Origin: an uncultured Chlamydiae bacterium
Lineage (GTDB): Bacteria; Chlamydiota; Chlamydiia; Chlamydiales; JAJFMA01
Assembly (NCBI GenBank): GCA_963713615.1
Contig: CAVQMM010000001.1
Location: 1,664,001 to 1,728,000 of the forward strand
Reading direction: 5' to 3'
DNA length: 64,000 nt
Under the pieces are notes generated by a model. The model was not told where the DNA came from and made no database searches. It saw nothing but the letters and a program-made list of their open reading frames with translations. The translations under genes were made by a program, and so were the position numbers. Of the stretch, positions 29,163-39,688 are shown one piece after another (positions within the stretch are counted from its first letter, which is position 1; every line of letters begins with the position of its first letter).

Positions 29163-30686
29163 ATGCTACAATGGGCAAAACACAGTGTAGGGGGAATTAT
29201 GACCTCGTTATTTTATCGCAGCACTATCCGTCTAGGATGCCTACTCGTCATGTCTCTGGGAGCCTTTATCGCATTGGGAGCTACTATGACGGATCGAACA
29301 AATATTCTACCGATCACCACTGATGAAGTGGCCAAGTACGTTCAAACGGTACAAGGCAACCTTGTGAAGACTGTTAATGACCTATCAGCAGTGCCAAGCC
29401 ATGAACGCAATTTCAACAACACATTTAAGCCGTGGTATCGCCAAGCCTCTGACCTATTAGCCTCTCTTGGTACTCTTGACTACATCGGACGCAGCGATCT
29501 CCCCGGCGATGAAGAGGCCATCAAGGGCCTTCAATCAGTAATCACGCAGGTTTACCAAATCCAAGTCCTTGACCCCACCCTTCGAACTTGCCTATTGGAT
29601 TCGGCAAAAAACATCCTAGCAGGCTCTGGCTCCGGTAGTCCGTACGAATACCATCATATTCAATGCTTATTGGAAGACGGAGACAAAATTAAGCAGGCGC
29701 TCTCACCAGAGGAATTGCAAACACTTGATCACCTCCGAACCTTCAATGCCCCACGCCATAAAGAGCCCTTTCTAACCCTGCGAGGTCTGGCCACACCAAA
29801 AACTAACGAAACGTCTGGGAAAACCGCTATCAGCGTTCTTACCCTCAATACCTGCTTCACACCAGGTATGTTGAGCTATGTGCATGGCGGAGTAAAGCCT
29901 TGGAATGAACGCATCATCCCCCTAACGGAGAAAATTCGTTCCACTAATGCCGATGTCGTTTGTCTGCAGGAAGTCTTTGCCGAAGATGCCAGCCACGCCC
30001 TTTACGAAGCGCTCAAAGATGACTATGCCTACTTCTATGGCTCCATCGGACCACGTCCGCTTGGATTTTCTCCAGAGCGAATAGGACAATCCAGTGGTTT
30101 ATTTGTAGCGAGCAAATATGCCATTGAAAGCCCACAATTCACACAATATACGGCCGCGCTAGTACCGATGAATTTTGGTTTCTTCGACTTCATCGTCAAA
30201 GATGGCTCCAGGTCATTGGCACACGTCTACACCACGCATATGCAGGCATTGCATGCTGAAGGAGCCTCTCAGGTGCGCGGCCAACAAATTCAGCAATTTA
30301 TTGACCGCATGACAGCTGATGCTGCTGCATCGCCTCAGCTCCCCCACTTTATGTGCGGAGATCTCAATATCGCTTGGGGCTCAGGCGAACCGGGAGAGGC
30401 CCTCATACGTGCGCACTTTCATGACGCATACAACCACAACCGCACCGACTTAGAACCCTCTCAAACCACTTGGACCGAGTATTTCACTAAGCACTTCTTC
30501 GATAGCCATGCCATTCCCATCGCTGTGGTCGATGAGTCCGGTATTCTTGATTATGCATTGCTCCTCAAGTCTCCCGCTGGACATGAAACACACACAACCC
30601 TAATACGCACCAGCGAGCGCGATGCGCCGGATGAAGTAATTAGTGACCACCATGGACTCTTGACAAGCATCACCGGCAACCCATGA
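29163..30686 (+). CDS. Exported EEP-superfamily phosphohydrolase (sphingomyelinase-like) with N-terminal helical domain
   Basis: TLN, ADVVCLQEVF, SSGL, TTHM, GDLN, LDY, SDH; N-terminal hydrophobic leader. Confidence 0.82.
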   Translation: MLQWAKHSVGGIMTSLFYRSTIRLGCLLVMSLGAFIALGATMTDRTNILPITTDEVAKYVQTVQGNLVKTVNDLSAVPSHERNFNNTFKPWYRQASDLLASLGTLDYIGRSDLPGDEEAIKGLQSVITQVYQIQVLDPTLRTCLLDSAKNILAGSGSGSPYEYHHIQCLLEDGDKIKQALSPEELQTLDHLRTFNAPRHKEPFLTLRGLATPKTNETSGKTAISVLTLNTCFTPGMLSYVHGGVKPWNERIIPLTEKIRSTNADVVCLQEVFAEDASHALYEALKDDYAYFYGSIGPRPLGFSPERIGQSSGLFVASKYAIESPQFTQYTAALVPMNFGFFDFIVKDGSRSLAHVYTTHMQALHAEGASQVRGQQIQQFIDRMTADAAASPQLPHFMCGDLNIAWGSGEPGEALIRAHFHDAYNHNRTDLEPSQTTWTEYFTKHFFDSHAIPIAVVDESGILDYALLLKSPAGHETHTTLIRTSERDAPDEVISDHHGLLTSITGNP

Positions 30687-31195
30687 AAAAAATCGGTGTC
30701 ATATCGGATACGCATGATCAGGTCAGCTTGATCACCAGGGCAGTGGAACATTTTAATGCCGAAAAGGTTGACTACGTCATTCATTGCGGCGATTGGGTGT
30801 CTCCCTTTATTTTACGCTTTTTCAGCGGATTGACCGCGCCCATGCGTGGCGTCTTTGGCAATAACGACGGCGACAAATTCCGCCATATGCAATACAAACA
30901 TTCGCTAGGTCTCGACCTAGAATACGAAGACCGCTTTTTAGAGCTGGAGCTGGGTGGCCGCAAGATCGCCGTATTTCATGGCGACTATGCGGGCATTGTG
31001 GAGGCTCTGGTGACCTGTGGCAAATATGATGCTGTTTTCCATGGACACACCCATGGACGCATCAATGAGAAGTATGGCAAAACCCTCAGCCTGAATCCTG
31101 GGTCTCTAATGGTTGAAACAAGCCCGGGAATATGCGGAGCCAGCATTGCCGTCTATGACACAACAACTAATACTGGTCGCCACATCCTGTTGTAG
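30683..31195 (+). CDS. YfcE/MJ0936-family metallophosphoesterase
   Basis: ISDTHD, IHCGD, GNND, FHG, HGHTH, LNPGS. Confidence 0.9.
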   Translation: MKKIGVISDTHDQVSLITRAVEHFNAEKVDYVIHCGDWVSPFILRFFSGLTAPMRGVFGNNDGDKFRHMQYKHSLGLDLEYEDRFLELELGGRKIAVFHGDYAGIVEALVTCGKYDAVFHGHTHGRINEKYGKTLSLNPGSLMVETSPGICGASIAVYDTTTNTGRHILL

Positions 31196-31215
31196 AGATC
31201 ATTTCGGTAAAAAAC

Positions 31216-32109
31216 ATGGACAATGCTTACAAACAAGATTTTATTCGTGCTGGAGCCTTAGCTAGAGAGATACGCGCTTTTGGAAAATCTCTCATCACCC
31301 GCGGAGCTTCCTACAACGATGTCATCAGCCAGATCAATCAAAAAATTTTTGAGCTGGGAGCTCGTCCTGCCTTTCCTCCACAGATAGCCTTGAATGATGT
31401 CGCTGCGCATTTCTTGCCCGAACCAGGACAAAACATCTCCTTCGTAGATCAAGTCGTCAAACTGGACATAGGCGTCAGCTACAAAGGTGCCATCGGTGAT
31501 TGTGCCGTCACGGTCGATCTATCCGGCAAACACCAAGTGCTTGTAGATGCCGCCGAGGCCGCGCTACTGGCCGCAGAGCAAATCATCAAGGTGGGGTTGC
31601 CACTCCGAGAGATAGGCAAGGTGATTGAACAAACAGCACAGTCTTTTGGGCTCTCACCCGTTAGAAACCTTTGTGGACATGGCCTGGGAAGGTTTAAAAT
31701 TCACACCAGCCCAACAATTCCCAACTGTGACAACAAATCCACAGCTCTCATTAGACCTGGAATGACTTTTGCCATTGAACCCTTTGTGAGCACCGGTATA
31801 GGGATGATTTATGAAACCGGCGCACCAACCATTTTTGGCTTTGTGGCGGAACGCAGGGTACGCTCAGAACTCGCTCGAACCCTATTGGCAAAGATAGCGA
31901 GCTTTGATCGATTACCCTTTGCCATACATGCTTTAGTCACTCCTGAGCTACCTTTAGCCACTGTACGACATGGCCTCGACGAACTGCTGAAAGCAAATGC
32001 TATTGAAGGCTATCCACCACTCGTGGAACAATCTCACGGCCTTGTTGCGCAGGCCGAGAACTCTGTATTGATTGATATGAATGGGACTGTAATCATTACC
32101 ACACGGTGA
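31216..32109 (+). CDS. map: Methionine aminopeptidase, type II
   Basis: AFPPQ..NDVAAHF, KLDIG, GDCAVT, NLCGHGL, FAIEPF, a ~60-aa helical insert and VAQAENS. Confidence 0.9.
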   Translation: MDNAYKQDFIRAGALAREIRAFGKSLITRGASYNDVISQINQKIFELGARPAFPPQIALNDVAAHFLPEPGQNISFVDQVVKLDIGVSYKGAIGDCAVTVDLSGKHQVLVDAAEAALLAAEQIIKVGLPLREIGKVIEQTAQSFGLSPVRNLCGHGLGRFKIHTSPTIPNCDNKSTALIRPGMTFAIEPFVSTGIGMIYETGAPTIFGFVAERRVRSELARTLLAKIASFDRLPFAIHALVTPELPLATVRHGLDELLKANAIEGYPPLVEQSHGLVAQAENSVLIDMNGTVIITTR

Positions 32110-32113
32110 ATAG

Positions 32114-32950
32114 CTACTCAATACCATCATCACAAGCGCTTTCTATAGCCAAACTTTTAATTCTATACCTTGATAGGTACTTGTTAAAATAGTGGGGAAA
32201 CAGCCCTTCAATACACCCATCAATCTGTTGACAACCGCGCAAACCAGCTCTCCTAGAGTGGTACAGCAAATCCTGCCCTTTCGATTGAGATCCACCGTTT
32301 CCTTCGTAAAGGGTCAGACAATTTCTTTTGTGATCCTCTAGGTACTCAAAGAAATGCCATGTATCGCCGTCAGGCATTACTCCCACCATTTGCATGATAT
32401 CCAACAGAATCGGCGCAGGATCTTTGATAAGGTCTTCATAAAAAATTAGGTATCTTTTGGAAGGATTCCAGTACTCGTAACATCTCAAAGCATTTATATA
32501 ATGTTCTTTGTGATTCAAAAATGCCCTACATTTAAAGTTGCTCTGGTCTAACCAATTATATCGCGCTTCACACTCTAGGTGATATAAGATGTTCTCCATA
32601 CTCTTAAACTGACGAAGCATACATTCTCTATAGTTCCGCACCACTACAATTAAAATATCATTGAACTCGCCATTTTTTTTGATCCAAAGTGCGTTTGGAT
32701 TATGAGCACCATAGATAAAACCGTTAACATCGCCATCTGCGTGGTAACGTCCTATACCTCTCAAAAAGTCTTCCTCGCAGAAGCCTCGATTAAAAAGCAC
32801 CTCCCTATTAAGTAAGTGACCGAGACAATATAACGCCCAATGAGTACCACTTCGAGGAAAGGCAAGAACTAATATTTCAGGCTCGTGCGCTGCTAAATTT
32901 GATGCCGTGACACATACCAAACAGAGAAAATGATGCCACCATTTCAACAT
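32114..32950 (-). CDS. Sulfotransferase-like protein with N-terminal leader (paralog 1)
   Basis: 5'-PSB-like FPRSGTHW, 3'-PB-like VVRNYRECM, and FYEDLIKDP. Confidence 0.72.
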   Translation of the reverse strand: MLKWWHHFLCLVCVTASNLAAHEPEILVLAFPRSGTHWALYCLGHLLNREVLFNRGFCEEDFLRGIGRYHADGDVNGFIYGAHNPNALWIKKNGEFNDILIVVVRNYRECMLRQFKSMENILYHLECEARYNWLDQSNFKCRAFLNHKEHYINALRCYEYWNPSKRYLIFYEDLIKDPAPILLDIMQMVGVMPDGDTWHFFEYLEDHKRNCLTLYEGNGGSQSKGQDLLYHSRRAGLRGCQQIDGCIEGLFPHYFNKYLSRYRIKSLAIESACDDGIE

Positions 32951-33014
32951 AGATACACTACACGCGGTTATATTTTCGCCTTCAAATTCTAATTGTAAGC
33001 GCTATACATCTCAA

Positions 33015-33863
33015 TCAGAATTCCACGTTCTCAGTGCCACTACTTGAGCTTTCTATGTCCAAACTTTTAATTTTATACCTGGATAGATACTTGTTAAAGT
33101 AATGAGGAAATAGCCCTTCCATAGACCCATCAATCTTTTTACAACCGTGCAAGCCAACTCTCTTAGAGTGGTAGAGCATATCCCGCCCTTTCGATTGAGA
33201 TCCACCTTTGGCTTCGTAAAGCTTCATGCAATTTCTTTTGTGATCCTCAAGATAATCAAAAAAATGCCATGTATCTTCCGCAGGCATCACACCCAACATC
33301 TGCATAATGTCGATTAAGATAGGCATAGGATCCTTCAAAAAATCCTCAAGAAAAATCATGTATCTTTTGGAAGGATCCCAAAATTCGTAACATCTAAGAA
33401 CATTGATGTAATGGTCTTTATGATTTAGAAAAGCCCTATTCCTCGAACCGTGATGATCGAACCAACTGTAGATCGACTCAACTTCTAAGTAATAATTAAC
33501 ATTTTCAACACTTCCTAAATGACGCAACATACACTCTCTGTAGTTTCGTACCATAACGATTAAAATATCATGTTTTTCGCCATCTTTTTTTATCCATAAG
33601 CCATTGGGATGATGTGCACCATAGATATAACCATTAAAATCATCAGCAGCGTCACTGGGCCCACCGCTATGTTGTGAAATCCTTTCTTCGTCAATACCAC
33701 GGTTATAGATAACCTCGCGGTTAAGCACATGGTTCAAACAATATAAAGACCAGTAAGCTCCACTCCTTGGATAGGAGAGAAATAGTATCTCAGGTTCGGA
33801 AGCGATGAGGTTACCGACAGCAACACATAAGAGGCATACAAAATAACCGCATAATTGCATCAT
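33015..33863 (-). CDS. Sulfotransferase-like protein (paralog 2)
   Basis: YPRSGAYW and VRNYRECM; closely similar to 32114-32950. Confidence 0.72.
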   Translation of the reverse strand: MMQLCGYFVCLLCVAVGNLIASEPEILFLSYPRSGAYWSLYCLNHVLNREVIYNRGIDEERISQHSGGPSDAADDFNGYIYGAHHPNGLWIKKDGEKHDILIVMVRNYRECMLRHLGSVENVNYYLEVESIYSWFDHHGSRNRAFLNHKDHYINVLRCYEFWDPSKRYMIFLEDFLKDPMPILIDIMQMLGVMPAEDTWHFFDYLEDHKRNCMKLYEAKGGSQSKGRDMLYHSKRVGLHGCKKIDGSMEGLFPHYFNKYLSRYKIKSLDIESSSSGTENVEF

Positions 33864-34046
33864 AAATCCATCTCCGTGATTTCTAGAAAAAGCAGGCTGA
33901 ACTGGTCAATCTTACGCCATTCGAAAACGGAAGGAAAACTTTTTTTTTACACGCTTATCCCTTTCGGATAATCTCGATTATTGACAAATGTGGCCCTAGC
34001 TTGTATGACCTATAGACTTTGATAAAACACAGTTGACTGAGGTTGT

Positions 34047-35030
34047 ATGAAATTCTCTCTTTGGCTTGTCCTTGCGTTCATTTGTGCACTCTGCAACATT
34101 GCGGCAAACCCTTTCCTCATTAGTTTTCCGGAAAAGGATGACCTCACCAACGACGACTATGTAGAGATTCAAGATAAACTTAGAGCTGTAAACATCCGCA
34201 GCCCTTTAAAAGCTCTATATCCGCCTTTTAGGCACTACCACGCCTTTGAGGACTTTCTCCAAAGGTGTTCGCAAGGATTAAAGCAAACCTTGATCATGCC
34301 GGAAAAAGGTCTTTTGCCAATCTGTAAGCTGGAGATGATTGGTCAAGGCGGTGACATGTGCATCGTTACCTACGCTCCGTTTGATGGAAGCGCATCCAAA
34401 TGGATTAGCTCAATCCCCGCAGCACTTGCCAATACAGGCTTTAACGGGTATTTTATGTACCGCGTCGGGGGCGTTCCCAATCCCACTGGTCAAGAAATCC
34501 AATATGCTGGTGTCCCTGGATGCTTTAAACTTTTTATGATGTTGGAAGCACAAAAACTGGGTTTTGACACAGTTCTGTGGATTGATCCTTCAGCCCTTCC
34601 TTTGAACGATCCAACGCCCCTCTTCCGACAGCTGGAAACCCAAGACGTTCTATTTATAGCCAACGCTCCTTCCTTAGGCTTCTGGCGCAATATTCTTCCC
34701 ACGACTCAGAAACTTCTCAAAAAGCTCACTAATACCGATGTTTTAAAGACACAGTTCATATCAACATCTGCTTTTGGTCTTAGATTAAGCTCAAAAACCT
34801 CCCAAAGGTTGATTTCCGATTTTCGCCAATGCGTGGAATTAGGGACCCCATTCTTTTCCTTTTATCCCGAGGCGTTTGTGATCAGTGCCATTATGGGTCA
34901 GAATGATATTCCATCTTGGATCAATGCTGCGAACTTGAAGATCTTATCACACCATCGTGGAAATCTCAGTTCAGCACAGCTTCGGCAAGCCAAGTTTAGT
35001 GGTGTATTCTTCATTCTCCGAGAGCCGTGA
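34047..35030 (+). CDS. GT-A-like putative glycosyltransferase (family paralog 1, divergent)
   Basis: Leader; CIVTYAPF, GFNG...RVGG.P, VP..FK..MLEA..LGFDTVLWID.S and YPE, shared with four other paralogs. Confidence 0.55.
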   Translation: MKFSLWLVLAFICALCNIAANPFLISFPEKDDLTNDDYVEIQDKLRAVNIRSPLKALYPPFRHYHAFEDFLQRCSQGLKQTLIMPEKGLLPICKLEMIGQGGDMCIVTYAPFDGSASKWISSIPAALANTGFNGYFMYRVGGVPNPTGQEIQYAGVPGCFKLFMMLEAQKLGFDTVLWIDPSALPLNDPTPLFRQLETQDVLFIANAPSLGFWRNILPTTQKLLKKLTNTDVLKTQFISTSAFGLRLSSKTSQRLISDFRQCVELGTPFFSFYPEAFVISAIMGQNDIPSWINAANLKILSHHRGNLSSAQLRQAKFSGVFFILREP

Positions 35031-36096
35031 TCGCCTCTTTTGAGCTTTTGGAAATCGTTGGTACAAGAGTTTTTTTGAGACGGTCTTTGTCAATTTTGGC
35101 TATCCAAACCTCTCTATCATCTTTTCCATAGGCCACGGCTAGGTAGGAACCGCAATCCACAAGACCCCCAGGGAAAATAACTTTCTTCTCCTTGCAGCGA
35201 TTTGTATAAAATCCCGGTGCGATAAGAGGATAAGGGCTGATGGAGGTGATCTGAAAGGGTGGATTAGGTGAGAATGTATACGCTCCCATAAAGTAATGCC
35301 ACATGGGAGCATTAGGTGAGACTACGGACTTCATAAAAAGCGAGGAATGGAAAAAGGCCAGATATTCTCCATCCACAAGTATTGCAGGCGTACCTCCACG
35401 TGGCATACCCCACTTCCAATTACCCACCTTTGGAGCGCAGTACTTTGGCGTACATTCACCAGTGATGGAATCGGGGCTAAGGATCATGTGAGGGATCATT
35501 GAATAACCTATCAGAAACGAATCACCCCATTCAAAGGGAACCCAGTTCTTTTGCCATTTGATAGTCTTGCGATGCTCTTTGTGAAAAAGCATCTTAGCAG
35601 GGCCCAATGTAAATTTACCATTGGAATAAGTCAGCTCTGCAACATACATATCTCTGTGATGTTTACGTGAGGGACTTGTAACATGAGGATTATCGTTACA
35701 AATAATATATATTTTATCCTGAGATCGAAAGATACGTGCATCTTCCGACTGTGATGGCGCCGCCCCGAAATGCCTGGAATTAAGAATCCATGGTTCCGAG
35801 ATAGGCTCAAATTCCTCATTAAGCATCACTATCCCAATATAAGAAATATTTTTATTATCGGAATCGGGAGTAATTCTAAAGGTAAGAAGCAGTCCCTGTT
35901 TGGCCCTAATAAGAGAAGGATTCCAAGCTTGCGGATAACCTTTTACATAGATTTTCTTTGTAGTGATAATACAATCGGAATCAAGGAAAGACGAAATAAA
36001 AGGAAGCGCATCGGCGACCTGTATGCGAAACAAAATCAAAAATGCCAGGACATAGATGACAATGAGGGATACAAAACGTTGCACTTTACTCCTCAC
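35011..36096 (-). CDS. Five-bladed beta-propeller glycosidase/transferase-like protein (GH130/GT91-like, paralog 1)
   Basis: WNPS, SEDARIF, QKNWVPF, RGGTPA, FFHS, VIFPGG, AYGKDD; N-terminal TM/leader. Confidence 0.7.
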   Translation of the reverse strand: MRSKVQRFVSLIVIYVLAFLILFRIQVADALPFISSFLDSDCIITTKKIYVKGYPQAWNPSLIRAKQGLLLTFRITPDSDNKNISYIGIVMLNEEFEPISEPWILNSRHFGAAPSQSEDARIFRSQDKIYIICNDNPHVTSPSRKHHRDMYVAELTYSNGKFTLGPAKMLFHKEHRKTIKWQKNWVPFEWGDSFLIGYSMIPHMILSPDSITGECTPKYCAPKVGNWKWGMPRGGTPAILVDGEYLAFFHSSLFMKSVVSPNAPMWHYFMGAYTFSPNPPFQITSISPYPLIAPGFYTNRCKEKKVIFPGGLVDCGSYLAVAYGKDDREVWIAKIDKDRLKKTLVPTISKSSKEAITALGE

Positions 36097-36280
36097 TCCC
36101 CATTTCGGTTAAGGACGTGACTGAGACAATAAAGACACCAGAGCATACTACTTCTGTAAAAGGACAAAGACAACATTTGGGGTTCTTCACCAATAAAGCT
36201 GGTCGATTAGGATGCAAAAGAGGGCCTTGTTCACCCCCTAGGAACAGATATATCGCATGGCTTTGAGCTATGCCTCTTCT

Positions 36281-37072
36281 TCAAGTGCTAAGATCATCCA
36301 ATTTATATCTCTTTAGATATTTATGAAAGTAATATGGGAACAACTGTTCAACCAGATTATCGATTAAGCGGCAATTTTTTAAGCCCATCTTTTTTGAGTG
36401 ATAAAGGTTGTCTGTTCCCTTTGATTGTGATCCTCCCATAGTAGTATAATCTCTAAGACACACATGTTTGTGTACTTCTAAATCCTCAAAAAAACGCCAT
36501 GTGTTCTCGTCTGGAATCTCTCCTAAAAAATAGACGACATCCAGCAGAACCGACATAGGATTATTTATCAGGTCTTCGTAAAAGATTAAATATCGCTTGG
36601 ATGGGTCCCAGGAATCGTAGCATCTGACATTATTGATATACTGACTAGAACAGAGAACCAGCGCCGCAACTCGATTTGCATCTAGCCAATTGTATGTCGC
36701 CTGCATTTTTAGATCATCCACGATGGCCGCAACACTTCCTAAATGACGCATCAAACACTCGCGGTAATTTCGTACTACAACAATCAATAGATCATTTTTA
36801 TCACCCTCTTTTTTTATCCAAAGCTCCTTCGGACAATGACCTGCAAAAATATAGCCATTGCTTTCATCTTCTGCCGCTTTGTAGAGTGTTTCCTCACCAA
36901 TACCACGTCGGAAAATAACGTCACGATGGAGTAAGTAACTCAGGCAGTAGAGCGACCAATGAGTCCCACAGCGATAGGTAGATAAGACTAGAATCTCTTG
37001 ATCACCACCAAATAAGCTAATTGAAAGCATGCATGCTAAATAGATAAAATTTCGAAACACTTTCATCCTCAT
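36281..37072 (-). CDS. Sulfotransferase-like protein (paralog 3)
   Basis: TYRCGTHW, VVRNYRECL, FYEDLINNP. Confidence 0.7.
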   Translation of the reverse strand: MRMKVFRNFIYLACMLSISLFGGDQEILVLSTYRCGTHWSLYCLSYLLHRDVIFRRGIGEETLYKAAEDESNGYIFAGHCPKELWIKKEGDKNDLLIVVVRNYRECLMRHLGSVAAIVDDLKMQATYNWLDANRVAALVLCSSQYINNVRCYDSWDPSKRYLIFYEDLINNPMSVLLDVVYFLGEIPDENTWRFFEDLEVHKHVCLRDYTTMGGSQSKGTDNLYHSKKMGLKNCRLIDNLVEQLFPYYFHKYLKRYKLDDLST

Positions 37073-37153
37073 ATTTTTGCTGAGTGTTCAAAATAGAGTT
37101 ATTCAAACTCTATGGCCCTTGATAGAACTTGGAATCTCTGCATAAGCAGCCCC

Positions 37154-38599
37154 TCAGACAACGGAAACAAGTTGTGCAGATTCATCTTCACCAGGCTTAA
37201 CTAATACTTGCATATCACGTCCTAATAGCTTCGTAGCCATCATCCAAGCCATAATGATCCCCACAATCAAAACAGCAAAAATAGATATTCCAGCTCCAAC
37301 CGTTGTAAAAGTCAGGAGAAGCCCCTGATTAACCAAACAGGCTCCAGTCCTGCCCATACGCGGCCCCAAACCATCTACTGCAGCCTTGCCTTGTGCCTTA
37401 AGATGTGATTCGAGCGGAATATAGGCCATATCCTTACTGATATCGAAGAGGGAATATTTGCTGGCTCTACCCACGCTAAACTGCACGGCACCCAAGATTA
37501 CCGCTATAGTCAGCAACAGTATGGGGTCTAAATGTATGGATTCTCGAAAAATCAAAAGCCCGAAAAAAAGCAGTCCAATAATTAACAGGAAGATCGGCGT
37601 CACTAATGCTGTTTTTGTCCATCCAAGATGGGTCAAGACCAGAGGAGTGGCAAACGCGAAAAGAACCGTTAAAGCTCCACCTATGGCAAAACTTAGGCCC
37701 AGAAATGTACTATATCGGTTGAAATCGGGATAGATCTCTTTAACTTGAGCCTTCCATACCAATTCAAACAACCCCATGACAAGGTCATAGGCAATAACCA
37801 TTATTGCAAGGCAAAGTAGATGACGAGACCGAAAGAGGTATCGCACTTGCTGCCAGATATTCTGATGCATCTCCTGCTGATCATTTGTTTCCGTAGGCTT
37901 ATGCGAGAGACAATCAAATGATCTCATTAGACGAGGAAAAAGAGCCATTAGCGTGACACAACCACAGATAATAACAACCAATAGAGCATAAACAGAAATG
38001 TGAGGGACTGCAAAAGACGCTAGGGCCGGAAACTGTCCTCCAATGATCGCTCCAAGGGCCCCACCTATGCGTACCCAAGAGTATGTGTGCTTCGCCTCTT
38101 GCAGAGGAGTAATTTCATTGGCCAAACTCCAGAAAATGACTGAAGTGACCACACAGCCCCATAGGTCCCCTAAAACGAAGAAAAGCGATAAAGTCCAATT
38201 ACGCCCTATAGCGATGAATCCATTAAGTCCCTGTGGTAGATAGTCAGCCAGTGTATCAGCATAGTGATGCGGCTCAATAATACTGCGATATGGGTAAAGA
38301 AAACATGCAAAGATTACAAAAAACGCCAGGAAAATAATGAGGCTCCTATTGATGACTGCAGCTAACCCATACCGCTTAAGATAAGATGTGAAAAAGAATG
38401 CCGCAACAAAAGTCATTGGAAGCATTATCCACAGCTGAATAAATGGAATTACTTCAGCGCCCGATCCCTCTGCAGTAATGATCAACGCATCTTTCACGGT
38501 GTGAAGAATGTTGTGGATAACGCAAATGATAAAAAAGATGGCACTCATCAGTATCACTTGTTTTTGATGCTCCGACAATGGCCAGAAGCTTATTTTCAC
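37154..38599 (-). CDS. NTT/Tlc family nucleotide transporter (ATP/ADP translocase family)
   Basis: KDALIITAEGSGAEVIPF, FWSLANEIT, SKYSLFD..K.MAYIPL, GKAAVDG; about 12 TMs. Confidence 0.93.
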   Translation of the reverse strand: MKISFWPLSEHQKQVILMSAIFFIICVIHNILHTVKDALIITAEGSGAEVIPFIQLWIMLPMTFVAAFFFTSYLKRYGLAAVINRSLIIFLAFFVIFACFLYPYRSIIEPHHYADTLADYLPQGLNGFIAIGRNWTLSLFFVLGDLWGCVVTSVIFWSLANEITPLQEAKHTYSWVRIGGALGAIIGGQFPALASFAVPHISVYALLVVIICGCVTLMALFPRLMRSFDCLSHKPTETNDQQEMHQNIWQQVRYLFRSRHLLCLAIMVIAYDLVMGLFELVWKAQVKEIYPDFNRYSTFLGLSFAIGGALTVLFAFATPLVLTHLGWTKTALVTPIFLLIIGLLFFGLLIFRESIHLDPILLLTIAVILGAVQFSVGRASKYSLFDISKDMAYIPLESHLKAQGKAAVDGLGPRMGRTGACLVNQGLLLTFTTVGAGISIFAVLIVGIIMAWMMATKLLGRDMQVLVKPGEDESAQLVSVV

Positions 38600-38687
38600 C
38601 TGTCACCCTCGCTATTTTTTTAGAATAATGTCTTAGAAAAAAATATTTGTCCACTTGGCTCTGTGGTAAAAAAACTCACAGTATGTG

Positions 38688-39614
38688 TTAAAAAGATTTC
38701 TCCTTAGGCAAGGCTAGGTAGTCATCGTTGCAAAGGTGTGTGACGGTATAGTTCAGTTCTTCGAGCAAGGATGTTGTGTGATTAATCCTCTCCTGACGTG
38801 TCTGTGCATCAATATTCGCGCCCATCTTGCCCATGATCTCAATAACAATGACGGGGCGACCAAGCACGATGGTTTGTCGAGCTCCTTCAATCACACTATC
38901 CTCTGCACCATCTACGGCTATTTTCATCACTGCTATGTTGGATAAACCAAACGAATCTAGGCAATGTTTGTGCAGAGACCAAGGCCCATCACTTCGTTGA
39001 TGAACAGAACTGTACTCAGCACCGTAGAAATGGGTTATAGGGACCTCTCCATCCTCTTTGCCAATGCGACAAAGGTGCGGAATTACATTAGAGAATCCGT
39101 TGAGTTTTGCATTTTGAACCAGCTCACGAAAGAACTGGCGTTCGCTTTCAAATGCGTAGACCTTGCCTCGACAGCCTACTAGCTGTCGCAACTCCATCGA
39201 TATGGTACCCATGTGAGCTCCTATATCACATGCTTCATCTCCCGGTTTAACGTAAGAGGCCAAAACCTCAAGGATATAAGGCTTCCACATGATGCCTTTT
39301 TTGATAATATCTTTGATGGGATCTCTAGCATTGTCCACCCAAAACCACGCCAGATTAGTGACGGCGTAGGGGATAGATGCGTAGTGCTGCCAAGGCATCC
39401 TGTTTAGATATTCAGCAACAGACGGGTCTTGCGGATAGTAGGAGTATTGGTCTCCGTGCGATGACGTGAAAGACAGAGCAGAAAAAAATAGACCTATCTT
39501 TACGAATTCTCTCAAAATACTAGAACCATCCATTAATGCTCTGAAAGCGATCATAATCGATTCTCCCAATTTAGAACCCTGTGAAATCGTGCATTTTCTA
39601 AAATCTGTAGTCAA
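38688..39614 (-). CDS. FkbM-family SAM methyltransferase (paralog 1)
   Basis: DIGAHMG, VYAFE, LDS..MKIAVDGAE, RPVIVIE. Start uncertain. Confidence 0.85.
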   Translation of the reverse strand: MTTDFRKCTISQGSKLGESIMIAFRALMDGSSILREFVKIGLFFSALSFTSSHGDQYSYYPQDPSVAEYLNRMPWQHYASIPYAVTNLAWFWVDNARDPIKDIIKKGIMWKPYILEVLASYVKPGDEACDIGAHMGTISMELRQLVGCRGKVYAFESERQFFRELVQNAKLNGFSNVIPHLCRIGKEDGEVPITHFYGAEYSSVHQRSDGPWSLHKHCLDSFGLSNIAVMKIAVDGAEDSVIEGARQTIVLGRPVIVIEIMGKMGANIDAQTRQERINHTTSLLEELNYTVTHLCNDDYLALPKEKSF

Positions 39615-39688
39615 GAAGAAGCCTTCTGGTATATTTTTTATACACAGGCGTTTTTAAGAACTCCAATCATTGTAAAGGCTGAACAGGA

